Below, one piece after another: positions 28,424 to 38,057 of a stretch of DNA of 50,229 nucleotides. Origin of the DNA: a virus (taxonomy: Duplodnaviria; Caudoviricetes); IMG/VR virus record IMGVR_UViG_3300049139_000262, positions 1 through 50,229 of that record; one strand, written 5' to 3'. Numbering within the stretch: position 1 is the first letter of the stretch; every line of letters starts with the position of its first letter. Both the position numbers and the translations under genes were made by a program. The notes beneath the pieces were generated by a model. The model ran no database searches. It had not been told where the DNA came from and worked only from the letters and a program-made list of their open reading frames with translations.

Positions 28424-28640
28424 TGTGGGCCTCCTTGGGGGTGTCGTCGCCGGGCCGGACAACGCCCTCGTCGAGGAGCCTTGCGACGACCGCGATCATC
28501 AGGTTCTTGTTCTGGTCCGGTACGTCGGTCCAGGGCTTCCGGGAGGCTTCACGGGTCTCGTAGCCGTGCGAGGGTGCGAGATCCTCATACGCCTCGTGGA
28601 AGCGGCGAGCGATGCCTTCGGCCGTACCTGGATCAGACAT
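28416..28640 (-). CDS. Small non-canonical gene inside the connector operon
   Basis: AGGAGG RBS; ARRFHEAYEDLAPSHGYETREASRKPWTDVP. Confidence 0.65.
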   Translation of the reverse strand: MSDPGTAEGIARRFHEAYEDLAPSHGYETREASRKPWTDVPDQNKNLMIAVVARLLDEGVVRPGDDTPKEAHND

Positions 28641-28959
28641 CGTGATCGCCTCCTGAGGCGTCGAGAGCGTGGGACATCGTGTGGTGGGGGCGGTGGATCG
28701 CCTTGCCATGTCGATCCCGCTGCGTGGTGCCGTGCTCGACGTAGTAGGAGTGCTCTGCGTCAGCGTCGACGTGCCACGTGCCGTCCGGGTCTGGCTCATC
28801 CACGAGGTGGATCAGGTCCCTGAATTCGCCTGTGTAGACAGGTGCCGTGGCCTTGGCGATGTCCTCGACCCGCTGCATGCGGCCACGGAAGTCGTCCATC
28901 ACCTGGGGCGTGAGGGGCAGTGCCGCAATGGCGTCTTCGAAGATTTCGACGTCGGTCAT
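28633..28959 (-). CDS. HK97 gp10-like neck protein
   Basis: AKATAPVYTGEFRD...YYVEHGT. Confidence 0.78.
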   Translation of the reverse strand: MTDVEIFEDAIAALPLTPQVMDDFRGRMQRVEDIAKATAPVYTGEFRDLIHLVDEPDPDGTWHVDADAEHSYYVEHGTTQRDRHGKAIHRPHHTMSHALDASGGDHDV

Positions 28960-29294
28960 CCGGCTACCTCCAGCAGGCGAATGACCTGGCCGGACAGGCG
29001 GCCGGCTTCCTGGGTGTCGTCGGGGACGCCGTCGACTTCCCAGGTGCGGCCGTCCCACTCGACCCGCTGCCACTCCGACACCTTCGGGGCGCGGCGCGGC
29101 ATGACCAGCTCGGCAGTGGTGACGGTCTGGTCCTTGGCTTCCTTCGACTCGCGGGAGCTCGTGTAGTCGACTGTGCAACCCGAGACGGGAGTTCGGGAGG
29201 CGTGCTCCCAGTCCCGCACTTCGGCGTTGTAGTCGCCCACGATCAGCGGCGCGTCCAGCAGCACCACCGCCTGGCGTCCGATCGGCCCCGGCAT
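28956..29294 (-). CDS. Head-to-tail stopper
   Basis: RVEWDGRTWEVDGVP; position. Confidence 0.75.
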   Translation of the reverse strand: MPGPIGRQAVVLLDAPLIVGDYNAEVRDWEHASRTPVSGCTVDYTSSRESKEAKDQTVTTAELVMPRRAPKVSEWQRVEWDGRTWEVDGVPDDTQEAGRLSGQVIRLLEVAG

Positions 29295-29677
29295 CAACCC
29301 ACCACCACCGGATAGATGGTGAGCAGACCGGCGTTCCGCAGCACATCGGCTGCGGCCGGCGCCAGGCGCGGAGTCTTCGCAGACCCGCCGCTTCCGCTGC
29401 TGCGGGCGAAGCGACTGTAGGACCGTTTGCCTGTCGACTCGGACTGGATATCCGAGCGTGCGCCCGTCTCGTCGTCGCCCTCCATCACCCAATGCACCTG
29501 CCGCACGCACGCCTTGGCGAGCACGGCCTGCACCCCGGGGTCGTCCACGTCGTAGGCGACCCCGTGAAGGGCGGTGTCGATCCGGTCCGAGGCCAGCTCG
29601 AGCAGGCGCACCGCATTCGCGGGCGCCGGCTCAGGGTCGAGCCAGTCCTCAAGCTGGGAGACGGTCGCGTAGGCCAC
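29294..29677 (-). CDS. Head-to-tail adaptor
   Basis: MAYATVSQL...LLELASDRID...LRNAGLL. Confidence 0.8.
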   Translation of the reverse strand: MAYATVSQLEDWLDPEPAPANAVRLLELASDRIDTALHGVAYDVDDPGVQAVLAKACVRQVHWVMEGDDETGARSDIQSESTGKRSYSRFARSSGSGGSAKTPRLAPAAADVLRNAGLLTIYPVVVG

Positions 29678-29680
29678 TGG

Positions 29681-30265
29681 CTACTCCTGCTCCTCGGGCT
29701 GCTCGCTTTCGCGGGCGTCCTCGACGACCTGGGCGTAGTCCTGGCACTCCTGCTTGGTGGCGTCCTTCGCCTGCTCGGGATCCATACCGAGAGCGATGGC
29801 GTAGGTCCGCCAGTCGGCGACCTTGGCGTTCGCGGCAGGCTTGTCGGGGAGTTCCGTGGCCGGCGTGGCCGGAGAGTCCGGGTCGTCGTTCGGCACCGGC
29901 GCCTGGACGTCCTCGCCGAGAGCCTCCTCGTGCGCTGCCACCCACTCCTGCAGCTGGGTCAGGGTGAGCGAGTAGGCATGGTCAGCCAGCAGTCCGAGAG
30001 AAACCGCGTAGGTGGCCCACTCCTTAGCCGACGCCCCCTCAGCGGGCTTCTCGCCCACGGGCGGCTTGGTGCCGATCCGGTCGGCGGTCTTGGCCTCGGC
30101 TCCGTCTACGACGACGAGGCTCTTGTCCCCCGCCTCCACGTTCGGCGCGTCGCCCTTGGCGGGTACGAGCTGGCCGCGGGCGATCTGCTTGGCCATCTCC
30201 CCGGACGGCGGGTCGTCGAGATGCAGGCGCATCCCGCCCGTTCCGATGTACTCGCGGCGCCCCAT
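29681..30265 (-). CDS. Head-associated protein with two internal helical repeats
   Basis: KPAEGASAKEWATYAVSLG and KPAANAKVADWRTYAIALG. Confidence 0.7.
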   Translation of the reverse strand: MGRREYIGTGGMRLHLDDPPSGEMAKQIARGQLVPAKGDAPNVEAGDKSLVVVDGAEAKTADRIGTKPPVGEKPAEGASAKEWATYAVSLGLLADHAYSLTLTQLQEWVAAHEEALGEDVQAPVPNDDPDSPATPATELPDKPAANAKVADWRTYAIALGMDPEQAKDATKQECQDYAQVVEDARESEQPEEQE

Positions 30266-30642
30266 CAGTACGCCTTGGGGAGCTTGAAGACGGTGATGGT
30301 GCCGGTGGTGCCAGCCGCGAAGTCGACGTACAGCTTCGTGCCCTGCTGCTGGAACCGGGCAGACGTGAACGGGCCGATGAACTGCTTGCCGGAAGTGGCG
30401 GCCACGGTGACCGCGAGGTCGCCCTGGCCTGCCATCCACGACTGGACGCCGCTGCCAGCCTTGACGGTGACGACCTTGTCGGTGCCCGCCGTGTTGGCGA
30501 CGCGGATGAGGGTGCGCTCGGGATCTGCGTTCTCGATGACGACGCCGTTGGTGACGAGCGTCGCGTCAATCGTGGTCCCGGCCGGGTCGGAGAGGTTCGA
30601 GTTCGGGGCGAGGTTGCTGTAGGCGACTGCTGTGCGAGGCAT
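30265..30642 (-). CDS. Putative capsid decoration protein
   Basis: Beta-rich 125 aa directly after the major capsid gene. Confidence 0.6.
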   Translation of the reverse strand: MPRTAVAYSNLAPNSNLSDPAGTTIDATLVTNGVVIENADPERTLIRVANTAGTDKVVTVKAGSGVQSWMAGQGDLAVTVAATSGKQFIGPFTSARFQQQGTKLYVDFAAGTTGTITVFKLPKAY

Positions 30643-30676
30643 GGGTGTACTCCCAGATCAGATGAGGCGACGAGGA

Positions 30677-31534
30677 TCACGCCGGGTTGACGAACGCGAC
30701 CGCAATCCCGGTCGGGCGCAGAAGCTTCGCGCCGTACACGTGCAGGCCGCGGATGGCGTCAGCGATCGTCGCCTGCAGTCGCAGCGCCTCGGTCTCGAGG
30801 ATCTGCTCGGCATAGGTGATCGCACCGGGGTAGCCGGCCTGGATGACCTGGGTGTCACCGGACGGGTTGGGGGTGTTGTTGGACTCGAGGATGTCGAATC
30901 CCGCAGCTCGTCCGACGAAGCCGTTGCGGAGGCCCTCGGTGGTGGCGGATGCGTCGGCACGGACGAACCGGTCGTCGTTCAGGAGAGAGCCGTGGAACTC
31001 GGGGCTGACGACGACGTAGCGGCCTTCCCTGGGTACGTTCTTGCGGTTGAGCTTGGTGCGCAGCGGCACGAGCACCTTGCTGTAGGCGTCGGTCGGCGTC
31101 GTGTACGTGTCGATCGGGGAACCGGTGGAGCCGAGGACGTTGTCGGCGGCAACGCCGGTGTAGAGGCTGGCAACGTAGGCGTCGGCCTTGTCGCGGAGGC
31201 CATAGGCCGCGTTCTGAGCCATCTGCTGCATGGGGCTCATGAGGGCCTGGGCCTTGTCGACGTCGTCGAGCTTGAATGCGAACGCCTTGGCCTGGTCGAT
31301 GACGAGGTCGGTGCCGGCCGTTTCGACGTCCTCGTAGTTGAGGGTGTCCCCGGAGTCGTAGTCGAAGATCGTCGGGTCGCCGATGGTCGTGATGTGAACC
31401 GACTGGCCTCGGCTGGTGATCTCGCCTTGGTAGTTCGTGTTCACGAGCTGCGGCTGCGCGTACACCAGGCTGCTGCGGAGGGCCACGAGAGTCTGGGCAG
31501 ACCAGATCTCGGGCTTGAAGTTGTTGATCGACAA
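30677..31534 (-). CDS. Major capsid protein (P22 coat-like family)
   Basis: FKPEIWS, IDQAKAFAFKLDDVD, RGLHVYGAKLLRP. Confidence 0.9.
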   Translation of the reverse strand: MSINNFKPEIWSAQTLVALRSSLVYAQPQLVNTNYQGEITSRGQSVHITTIGDPTIFDYDSGDTLNYEDVETAGTDLVIDQAKAFAFKLDDVDKAQALMSPMQQMAQNAAYGLRDKADAYVASLYTGVAADNVLGSTGSPIDTYTTPTDAYSKVLVPLRTKLNRKNVPREGRYVVVSPEFHGSLLNDDRFVRADASATTEGLRNGFVGRAAGFDILESNNTPNPSGDTQVIQAGYPGAITYAEQILETEALRLQATIADAIRGLHVYGAKLLRPTGIAVAFVNPA

Positions 31535-31553
31535 CGGAGGCTCCTAGGAGGCG

Positions 31554-32330
31554 TCAGCCGCTCCCGAGGTAGGCGTTGAGCCTGCCCTCTTCCACGGCCT
31601 GCGTGATCTGCTCGGGGGTCATGCGGTCCACGTCCGCCTTCGTCAGCTGCCGCTTGCCGCCACCTGCTCCGTCCATCGGCGCGCCACCCGCGGGGGTCGG
31701 CTCCTCCTTCGGCTCGGGCTTCTTGGCCGCGAGCTTCGGGTTCGAGTCCACTGCCGCCTTCACGGCCTTCTCGACTGCGCCGGCGAAGTCGTCGGCAGCC
31801 GGGTCGAGCTTGGCGATGGCGTTGGCGAAGGCGCGGGAGTCGAGGAGGGCGTCGGGGTCGCCGCCGTGCGTTCCGGCGGTCTTGTAGACGGCGAGTTCGA
31901 CAGCGGTCTGGCGGGCGCGATCGTCGGACGCCTTGGTCCGGGTCTGCTCCTCGGCCAGCTGCTTGGCGAGCTCTTCGGGGGTGGGCGGCTTCGCTTCGTC
32001 GGTCTCGATGCCGAAGGCGGCGGCGACCTTCTTCATGAAGGCGGCCTGGTCGTCTGCGGCCTTTTTCTCTGCGGCTTCGCGCTTGGCCTTCTCGTTCGCG
32101 ACGTCACCGCGGAGGTTCTCGACGAGCTTTTCGAAGCGGGTGGGGTCGAAGTCGCCTTCGAACTTTGGCGCCTTGGCCTTGGGTTCAGCGGCGGGCTCTG
32201 ACGGTTCAGCGGGTACTGCGGATGCGGCCGGCTCTGGCTGGGCCGGTGCGGTGCCTTCGGGCTGGGGCGGCGTGTCCGGCTGGCTGCTCGGGTCCGCGGG
32301 CGTGCTCTCGGGCTGGGCGGGGGTCGACAT
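31554..32330 (-). CDS. Capsid scaffolding protein
   Basis: Pro/Glu-rich N-terminus, coiled coil, DPDALLDSRAF, precedes capsid gene. Confidence 0.85.
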   Translation of the reverse strand: MSTPAQPESTPADPSSQPDTPPQPEGTAPAQPEPAASAVPAEPSEPAAEPKAKAPKFEGDFDPTRFEKLVENLRGDVANEKAKREAAEKKAADDQAAFMKKVAAAFGIETDEAKPPTPEELAKQLAEEQTRTKASDDRARQTAVELAVYKTAGTHGGDPDALLDSRAFANAIAKLDPAADDFAGAVEKAVKAAVDSNPKLAAKKPEPKEEPTPAGGAPMDGAGGGKRQLTKADVDRMTPEQITQAVEEGRLNAYLGSG

Positions 32331-32425
32331 CGGTGCCTCCTTGGGCGGCCTACGCGGGGTGTGCGGCGCCTTGTCCGCTACGCGTTGACCCAGATGTTAA
32401 CCCTGAACCTGCTTCAATGCTGCAC

Positions 32426-32466
32426 AATCAAAGGTCATAGCGCAAGATATCCTTTGAATCAAAGGA
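32426..32466. promoter_or_regulatory. CCTTTGAATCAAAGG palindrome, copy 2 plus half site
   Basis: TCCTTTGAATCAAAGGA at 32450-32466, AATCAAAGG at 32426-32434, AT-rich divergent gap. Confidence 0.65.
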
Positions 32467-32476
32467 ACGGGGGTGG

Positions 32477-33352
32477 GTGGTGGCAGCCAGCAGCAACCGG
32501 ATCGCCGACATGGCGCGCCGACTCCCCCCAGCACTACGACGCCTCGAGCAACAGGCAGCCATGGATGCCACCCGCCCCCTCGCCGAAGCCCTACGAACAG
32601 CGCTGCAGGAAGCAGTCCAGGCATGGATCCGCGAGACCCAGCAGCACGAACACGCCCCTGGTGCAGGGGCTTTGGAACGGCTCATCCAGCTCATCAAGCG
32701 CGTGCTGGCACGCGCCTTCGCTGGCACAGGCCGCCAGGCGCAGCGGGACATCGAACGAGCGGCCTTCAACGCAGCGCATCTCTCCGCCCAACAGACGGCA
32801 TCCATCACGGCCGCAATGCGGGGCGAGCCCACTCCCCCAGTGACGCCGACCATCGGACCTGACGCCGCCGCAGCAGCACGCGCCGTACCTGCCGCCGTCG
32901 AGGAAGAGCACGCAAGCGCGCTGGCCCTCCTCACCGCCACCACACTCACGGCCCTCGGACTCGCAGGCGTCCACTCCGTGTTCCAGCGAGCGCGCCGCGC
33001 TGTCACCCGCATCGGCCGGGCACTTGCCGTCGCGACCACCAGTGCCGCAGCGCATGCTGCTCGAGCCGTCGCCGCCGTGATCAGCCCCACCGTCCGGCTG
33101 CTGTGGGTAGCCGAGCCGGGCGCCTGCCCGGCATGCGCTGCCTACGCAGGCCGCTCGGTCCGTCCCGGGCGGGAATTCCCCGGAGGTCTGTCGCTCGACC
33201 CGCAGCGCACGGTCTTCGACACCCCGATCTCTGGGCCTCCGCGCCACCCGCACTGTCGCTGTGTCCTCATCCCCTGGCTGCCTGGCTGGCCGGTGGACGG
33301 CACGCCCCTGCCCACGCTGCTCCGGCGGCACGCACGCACTGGAGTCCGCTGA
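32477..33352 (+). CDS. MuF-like minor head protein
   Basis: WVAEPGACPACAAY...PPRHPHCRC. Confidence 0.78.
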   Translation: MVAASSNRIADMARRLPPALRRLEQQAAMDATRPLAEALRTALQEAVQAWIRETQQHEHAPGAGALERLIQLIKRVLARAFAGTGRQAQRDIERAAFNAAHLSAQQTASITAAMRGEPTPPVTPTIGPDAAAAARAVPAAVEEEHASALALLTATTLTALGLAGVHSVFQRARRAVTRIGRALAVATTSAAAHAARAVAAVISPTVRLLWVAEPGACPACAAYAGRSVRPGREFPGGLSLDPQRTVFDTPISGPPRHPHCRCVLIPWLPGWPVDGTPLPTLLRRHARTGVR

Positions 33353-33888
33353 TGCCTGGACGCCCCGTCACCCAAGAAGACCGTGATCGCGTCGCCGAGC
33401 TCCATGCCGAAGGCAAGGGCCGTAACGACATCGCCGACATCATGGACCGCAGCGGAAGCACCATCAGCCGCATCGCGGCCAGCTTCGACCCGCCCCTCAC
33501 CTTCGAGCGCGGCCCGGAAGTCGCGGCCGCCACGGCCGCACGCAGATCCGACCTCGCCGCCCTGCGTGCCGACTTGGCTTTCAACCTCACCGTCGACGCC
33601 GACAAGCTGCGAAGGCAGATGTGGGAGGAGACGACCGTCTACAGCTTCGGCGGCAAAGAGAACACCTACAACTTCGAGGTCTTCGACGAAGCGCCGGCCG
33701 CCGAGAAGCGGGCCCTCATGGGTGCTGCGGGCATGGCGATCGACCGCAGCCTGAAGCTCGAGCCGATCGAGCAGAGCAGCGGCCTCGAGGGCGCGAAGTC
33801 GATGCTGGGCAGCCTGGGCGAGGCGATGGTGGCCTGGTCGCAGCGACAGGACGCGGAGGACGCTGCGGCTGAGGATTCTGAGGCGTAG
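33352..33888 (+). CDS. terS: Terminase small subunit
   Basis: N-terminal HTH (LHAEGKGRNDIADIMDRSGSTISRIA), directly before terL. Confidence 0.72.
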   Translation: MPGRPVTQEDRDRVAELHAEGKGRNDIADIMDRSGSTISRIAASFDPPLTFERGPEVAAATAARRSDLAALRADLAFNLTVDADKLRRQMWEETTVYSFGGKENTYNFEVFDEAPAAEKRALMGAAGMAIDRSLKLEPIEQSSGLEGAKSMLGSLGEAMVAWSQRQDAEDAAAEDSEA

Positions 33889-33890
33889 CG

Positions 33891-35141
33891 GTGCTGGACA
33901 CGCTGCCGCTGTCCCGGAAGCAGATCCGGTCGATCGCGGAGTCGACAACGAAGATTTCCTGCTGGGAGGGGGCGATCCGGTCCGGGAAGACGATCGCCTC
34001 CCTTCTCAAGTGGCTGATCTTCGTGGCCAATGCGCCTACCACGGGTGAGCTGGTCATCATCGGCAAGACCGCCCAGACGATCCACCGAAATCTGTTCCTG
34101 CCGCTCCAGGACCCGGCATTGTTCGGCGACCTCAGCAAGCTCATCCACTACACGCCCGGCGCTCCGACCGCGACGATCCTGGGCCGGATCGTCCACGTCA
34201 TCGGCGCCAACGACGCCAAATCCGAGCCGAAGATCCGAGGCATGACCCTGTGCGGCGCCTACGTCGACGAGGTCACGCTGGTGCCGCAGGTGTTCTTCGA
34301 GCAGCTCCTCGGCCGCATGTCCGTGCGCGGAGCACAGCTGTTCTGCACGACCAACCCAGATAATCCGGCCCACTGGTTCATGCGGGACTGGCTGTCCCAG
34401 GAGGGCAAGAAGCCCCTCCGCCGGTTCAGCTTCACCATCGACGACAACCCGTTCCTCGACCCCGACTACGTGCGCGACATCAAGGCAATGCACGAGGGCC
34501 TCTTCTACCGCAGGTTCATCCTCGGCGAATGGGTCGCAGCCGAGGGCGCGATCTACGACTCCTGGGACCGGGAGCGGCACATCGTCAAGGCGCTCCCCAA
34601 GGCCGGCATCCACCGCTGGATCTCCCTGGGCGTCGACTACGGCACGGCGAACCCCTTCCACGCCGTCCTCATCGGACTCGGCGCCGACCGCAAGCTGTAC
34701 GCCGCGGCGGACTGGCGATACGACTCACGCCAGCACAAGAAGCAGCTCACCGATGCCGAGTACTCGCAGCGGATGCGGGCGTGGCTTGGCGAGGTGCCAG
34801 GGATCGGCGCGGTACGGCCGCAGTTCATCACCGTCGACCCGAGCGCGGCGTCGTTCAGTACCCAGCTGCGTCGGGACAAGCTGCGGCCGACAGCGGCGAA
34901 GAACGACGTCATGGACGGCATCCGCACGGTCAGCTCGCTGCTGGCCGCGAACAAGCTCCTCGTCCACGCCTCCTGCAAGGACTTGATCACCGAAATCGGT
35001 GGCTACTCGTGGGACGACAAGGCCGCCCTGCGCGGCGAAGAGCGCCCCATCAAGGTTGCCGACCACGGCGTCGACGCCCTCCGCTACGCCATCTTCACCA
35101 CACGAGCCCTGTGGCAGCGCCAGCTCGCCCTGGCCGCCTGA
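33891..35141 (+). CDS. terL: Terminase large subunit (PBSX-like)
   Basis: GAIRSGKT Walker A, YVDEV Walker B, TTNPD, GVDYG, DHGVDALRY. Confidence 0.95.
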   Translation: MLDTLPLSRKQIRSIAESTTKISCWEGAIRSGKTIASLLKWLIFVANAPTTGELVIIGKTAQTIHRNLFLPLQDPALFGDLSKLIHYTPGAPTATILGRIVHVIGANDAKSEPKIRGMTLCGAYVDEVTLVPQVFFEQLLGRMSVRGAQLFCTTNPDNPAHWFMRDWLSQEGKKPLRRFSFTIDDNPFLDPDYVRDIKAMHEGLFYRRFILGEWVAAEGAIYDSWDRERHIVKALPKAGIHRWISLGVDYGTANPFHAVLIGLGADRKLYAAADWRYDSRQHKKQLTDAEYSQRMRAWLGEVPGIGAVRPQFITVDPSAASFSTQLRRDKLRPTAAKNDVMDGIRTVSSLLAANKLLVHASCKDLITEIGGYSWDDKAALRGEERPIKVADHGVDALRYAIFTTRALWQRQLALAA

Positions 35142-35157
35142 CCGAGAGGAACCTGTC

Positions 35158-36858
35158 ATGCCGCTGCCCCCGTCCGGGAAGACCCCTTGGCCGCCGCCGC
35201 AACTCGCCGTGCCGCATGCCGACATGGCGACGTGGCACGCCTGGTACTCCGGCGACACAGACCATCTGGCACAGGTGTACGGCGGGGTGGGGGTATCCAC
35301 CAATCCGACCGCCCGCGCGTTCTTCGATTTGAACAAGCCGTCGCAGTACCGGGGCGGCCTCGTGGGCAAGGTCGCGCGCATGTTCTGGGGTCAACCGGTC
35401 TCCCCTGGGCAGCCGGCAGCGAAACTCCATGTGCCGATCGCGGCTGACATCGCGGAGATGTCGGCAAATCTGATGTGGTCGGACGTGCCGCGAGTCACGG
35501 TGGATGCCGACTCGACAGACAAGACGACGGCAGCATCAACCTCTGCGCAGCTGAAGCGGTACCTGGATGACCGTGGTCACGCGAAGATGCGCGAAGGCTC
35601 CGAAATCAACGCAGGCCTCGGCGGCGCCTATTACCGGGTCGTGTGGGACAAGTCCATCCAGGAGCGGCCGTGGATGGACGTCCTCTACCCGGACGCCGTC
35701 GTACCAGAGTGGCGGTGGGGCCGACTCGCCGCGGCAACGGTGTGGCGTGAGCTTGAGCCGCAGACCGACGCGTCGGAGATTTGGAGGCTCCTTGAGCGGC
35801 ACGAGCCTGGCAGCATCGAGTACGGCCTGTACCGAGGAGACATCGACACCCTCGGCATGCAGATGGCCCTGTCGGATCATCCGGACAGCGAATACCTGGT
35901 GAAGCGGGTCAACGCCCAGGGCAAGCAGGCAACGGGCATCTCCCGGCTGCTCATCTCGCACACCCCCAATATTCTCCCCAACCGGCTGTGGCACGGCATC
36001 CCAAACACGGAGCCGCTCGGCCGCTCCGACTACGCCGGCGTCGAACCCATCATGGACGCCCTCGACGAAAGCTGGACGTCGTGGATGCGGGACCTACGCC
36101 TGGGAAAGGCCCGGCTGCTGGTTCCGCAGTCGATGCTCGAGACGGACGGCCCAGGCTCCGGTGGCGTCCTCGACCTGGACAGGGAGGTGCTGATGCAACT
36201 CAACATGCTCGACGAGGGCGGCGACGCCGCTTCCATCAAGGAAGTCCAGTTCGACATCCGTGTCGAAGAGCACGAACGGACCTGCAAGGCACTCCGTCGG
36301 CAGATCCTGTCCAGCGCCGGGTACAGCGCTCAGTCGTTCGGCGACGAAGGGACGGTGGCGGTTACTGCGACCGAGGTGGCTGCCCGCAAGGAGGAGTCGC
36401 TGACGACCCGTGGCCTGAAGATCCTGTACGAGCGGCCGGGTCTGCTGGAGCGGCTGACGACCATGATGATGGTGGACGTGAAGCACTGTGGGGCGAAGGG
36501 TGTCGACCCTGCCGCGGAGCTGACGGCGTCATGGCCGGACGCGATACAGCCGGACCCGGAGGCCACAGCACGAGCACTGTCACTGCTCGAGTCGGCAGGC
36601 GCCATATCCACCTGGATGAAGGTCCGGAGGCTGAACCCTGAGTGGGACGACACGGAGATCGCCTCCGAAGTCCAGCGGATCCGCGAGGACAAGGCGCACG
36701 CGGTCCCGGCCGGCGACCCGTTCAATACCCGCGCCGGCCAACTGGACGAAGAAGACGACGACCCGGCCGCCGAAGACGACGTCGAAGCTGGCGCCGACGA
36801 AGGCCTGGACGACGAGCAGAGGGGCGGGGGCTCGCCTGAAGAGGGAAAGGCCGCCTAG
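35158..36858 (+). CDS. Portal protein
   Basis: LHVPIAADIA, LGRSDY, TATEV; follows terL; GAGGA RBS. Confidence 0.9.
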   Translation: MPLPPSGKTPWPPPQLAVPHADMATWHAWYSGDTDHLAQVYGGVGVSTNPTARAFFDLNKPSQYRGGLVGKVARMFWGQPVSPGQPAAKLHVPIAADIAEMSANLMWSDVPRVTVDADSTDKTTAASTSAQLKRYLDDRGHAKMREGSEINAGLGGAYYRVVWDKSIQERPWMDVLYPDAVVPEWRWGRLAAATVWRELEPQTDASEIWRLLERHEPGSIEYGLYRGDIDTLGMQMALSDHPDSEYLVKRVNAQGKQATGISRLLISHTPNILPNRLWHGIPNTEPLGRSDYAGVEPIMDALDESWTSWMRDLRLGKARLLVPQSMLETDGPGSGGVLDLDREVLMQLNMLDEGGDAASIKEVQFDIRVEEHERTCKALRRQILSSAGYSAQSFGDEGTVAVTATEVAARKEESLTTRGLKILYERPGLLERLTTMMMVDVKHCGAKGVDPAAELTASWPDAIQPDPEATARALSLLESAGAISTWMKVRRLNPEWDDTEIASEVQRIREDKAHAVPAGDPFNTRAGQLDEEDDDPAAEDDVEAGADEGLDDEQRGGGSPEEGKAA

Positions 36859-37022
36859 CGGCGGCGCATGCCCTTCCTGGCGGGGAGTCGGCGGTAGCGC
36901 GCTATCTTGTCGCCCTTGGTCGCATGAGCCTTGTCGCGGGCGTAGCGGCGCAGTCGCGGGTGCGCGAAGAAGTATCGCCACTGGGCGCGGCTCTTGAAGC
37001 CGGTGTGCCGTCGTGCTGTCAT
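36855..37022 (-). CDS. 55-aa highly basic protein (not in ORF track)
   Basis: GGAGGTG RBS; MTARRHTGFKSRAQWRYFFAHPRLRRYARDKAHATKGDKIARYRRLPARKGMRRR*. Confidence 0.7.
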   Translation of the reverse strand: MTARRHTGFKSRAQWRYFFAHPRLRRYARDKAHATKGDKIARYRRLPARKGMRRR

Positions 37023-37099
37023 TGGTCACCTCCTCTCACCAGTAGCCTTCCCCGGGCATGCCGAAGCCCGCCCTCGTCGGGGCGGGCATGGCGGGGTGG

Positions 37100-37579
37100 T
37101 CATCCCCAGTAGGAGCAGAGGATCCAGCCGGGGCCGGTCTTGGGGGTGATGCCGAGTGCGCGGGTGGCTGCTTCGAGCGTGGCGTTCCATCCCTTGGCCG
37201 CGGCTTCGGCGTCGAGGGCGACCAGGTCGAGGGGCTTGGCGCCGCCTCGGTAGACGGTGATGACCTTCGTGGCCAGCAGGTACATGGGGCATTCGCCGGA
37301 ACAGTGGGTGTCGAATTCGACGCCGAGTTGAGCCTTGGCGGCTCGTTCACGGTCGAAGTAGCCCTCGTTCTCTCGGGACCACTCTTCGGTGAACCCTGCG
37401 ATCTCGGCGAGAAGCCGGCGTTCGGCGGCGGCCTGGAAGTCGTCGCCGTCCGGGTCGTCTGGGTTGTACCAGTCGAGTGCGGGCATCTCGCCGTACTCGC
37501 CGCAGCCTTCGAGTTCCCAGCCGTCGTCGCCGCCGAGGTTATAGCCGTAAACGAGCATGGCGTTCGTGGACTGACCCAT
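37100..37579 (-). CDS. Acidic hypothetical protein
   Basis: MGQSTNAMLVYGYNLG...WILCSYWG; AAGGAG RBS. Confidence 0.75.
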   Translation of the reverse strand: MGQSTNAMLVYGYNLGGDDGWELEGCGEYGEMPALDWYNPDDPDGDDFQAAAERRLLAEIAGFTEEWSRENEGYFDRERAAKAQLGVEFDTHCSGECPMYLLATKVITVYRGGAKPLDLVALDAEAAAKGWNATLEAATRALGITPKTGPGWILCSYWG

Positions 37580-37797
37580 CACTTCTCCTTGTCGCTGGTG
37601 TGCATTTTGAGGGTTTCGTGGGTGTCGGCGGTCTGGTCGATGGTGCCGTCGGGGAGTACGTGGGTGGCGGTGATGATGATCCAGCCGCCGTCGGAGCGGG
37701 GGATGATCTCGTGGTAGCTGTCGGGGTCACCGTGCTCGGCGAGCAGGGACCGGATCCGGTCCCGCGGAAGGTCGATCCCCGGGTAGTCGGCGGTCAA
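37579..37797 (-). CDS. Hypothetical protein
   Basis: TGATG coupling to next gene. Confidence 0.55.
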   Translation of the reverse strand: MTADYPGIDLPRDRIRSLLAEHGDPDSYHEIIPRSDGGWIIITATHVLPDGTIDQTADTHETLKMHTSDKEK

Positions 37798-37800
37798 GAG

Positions 37801-38055
37801 TCACGCTCCTCGCAGGACCCGGTAGCGCAGTTCGGCTTCGGCGGACCTCGGATGGAGGCTGCCTTCACCGTGCTGGTCGCAGTAGTGGGATCCCTCGTCG
37901 CTACCCCGGTACAGGGCGCAGTTGCCGTGGGCTTCGACGCGGGGGCAGTAGCCGCAGCTGGCTTCGCAGCAGTCTTCCTCGCCGTGGACGTCGGTGGCGG
38001 CGGGCGGCTCGCAGTCGGCGCATCGGTCGCCCGTGCAGTAGGGCTCTGTGGTCAC
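37801..38055 (-). CDS. Cys-rich Zn-binding hypothetical protein
   Basis: CADC, CCEASCGYC, HYCDQH. Confidence 0.55.
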   Translation of the reverse strand: MTTEPYCTGDRCADCEPPAATDVHGEEDCCEASCGYCPRVEAHGNCALYRGSDEGSHYCDQHGEGSLHPRSAEAELRYRVLRGA

Positions 38056-38057
38056 GA

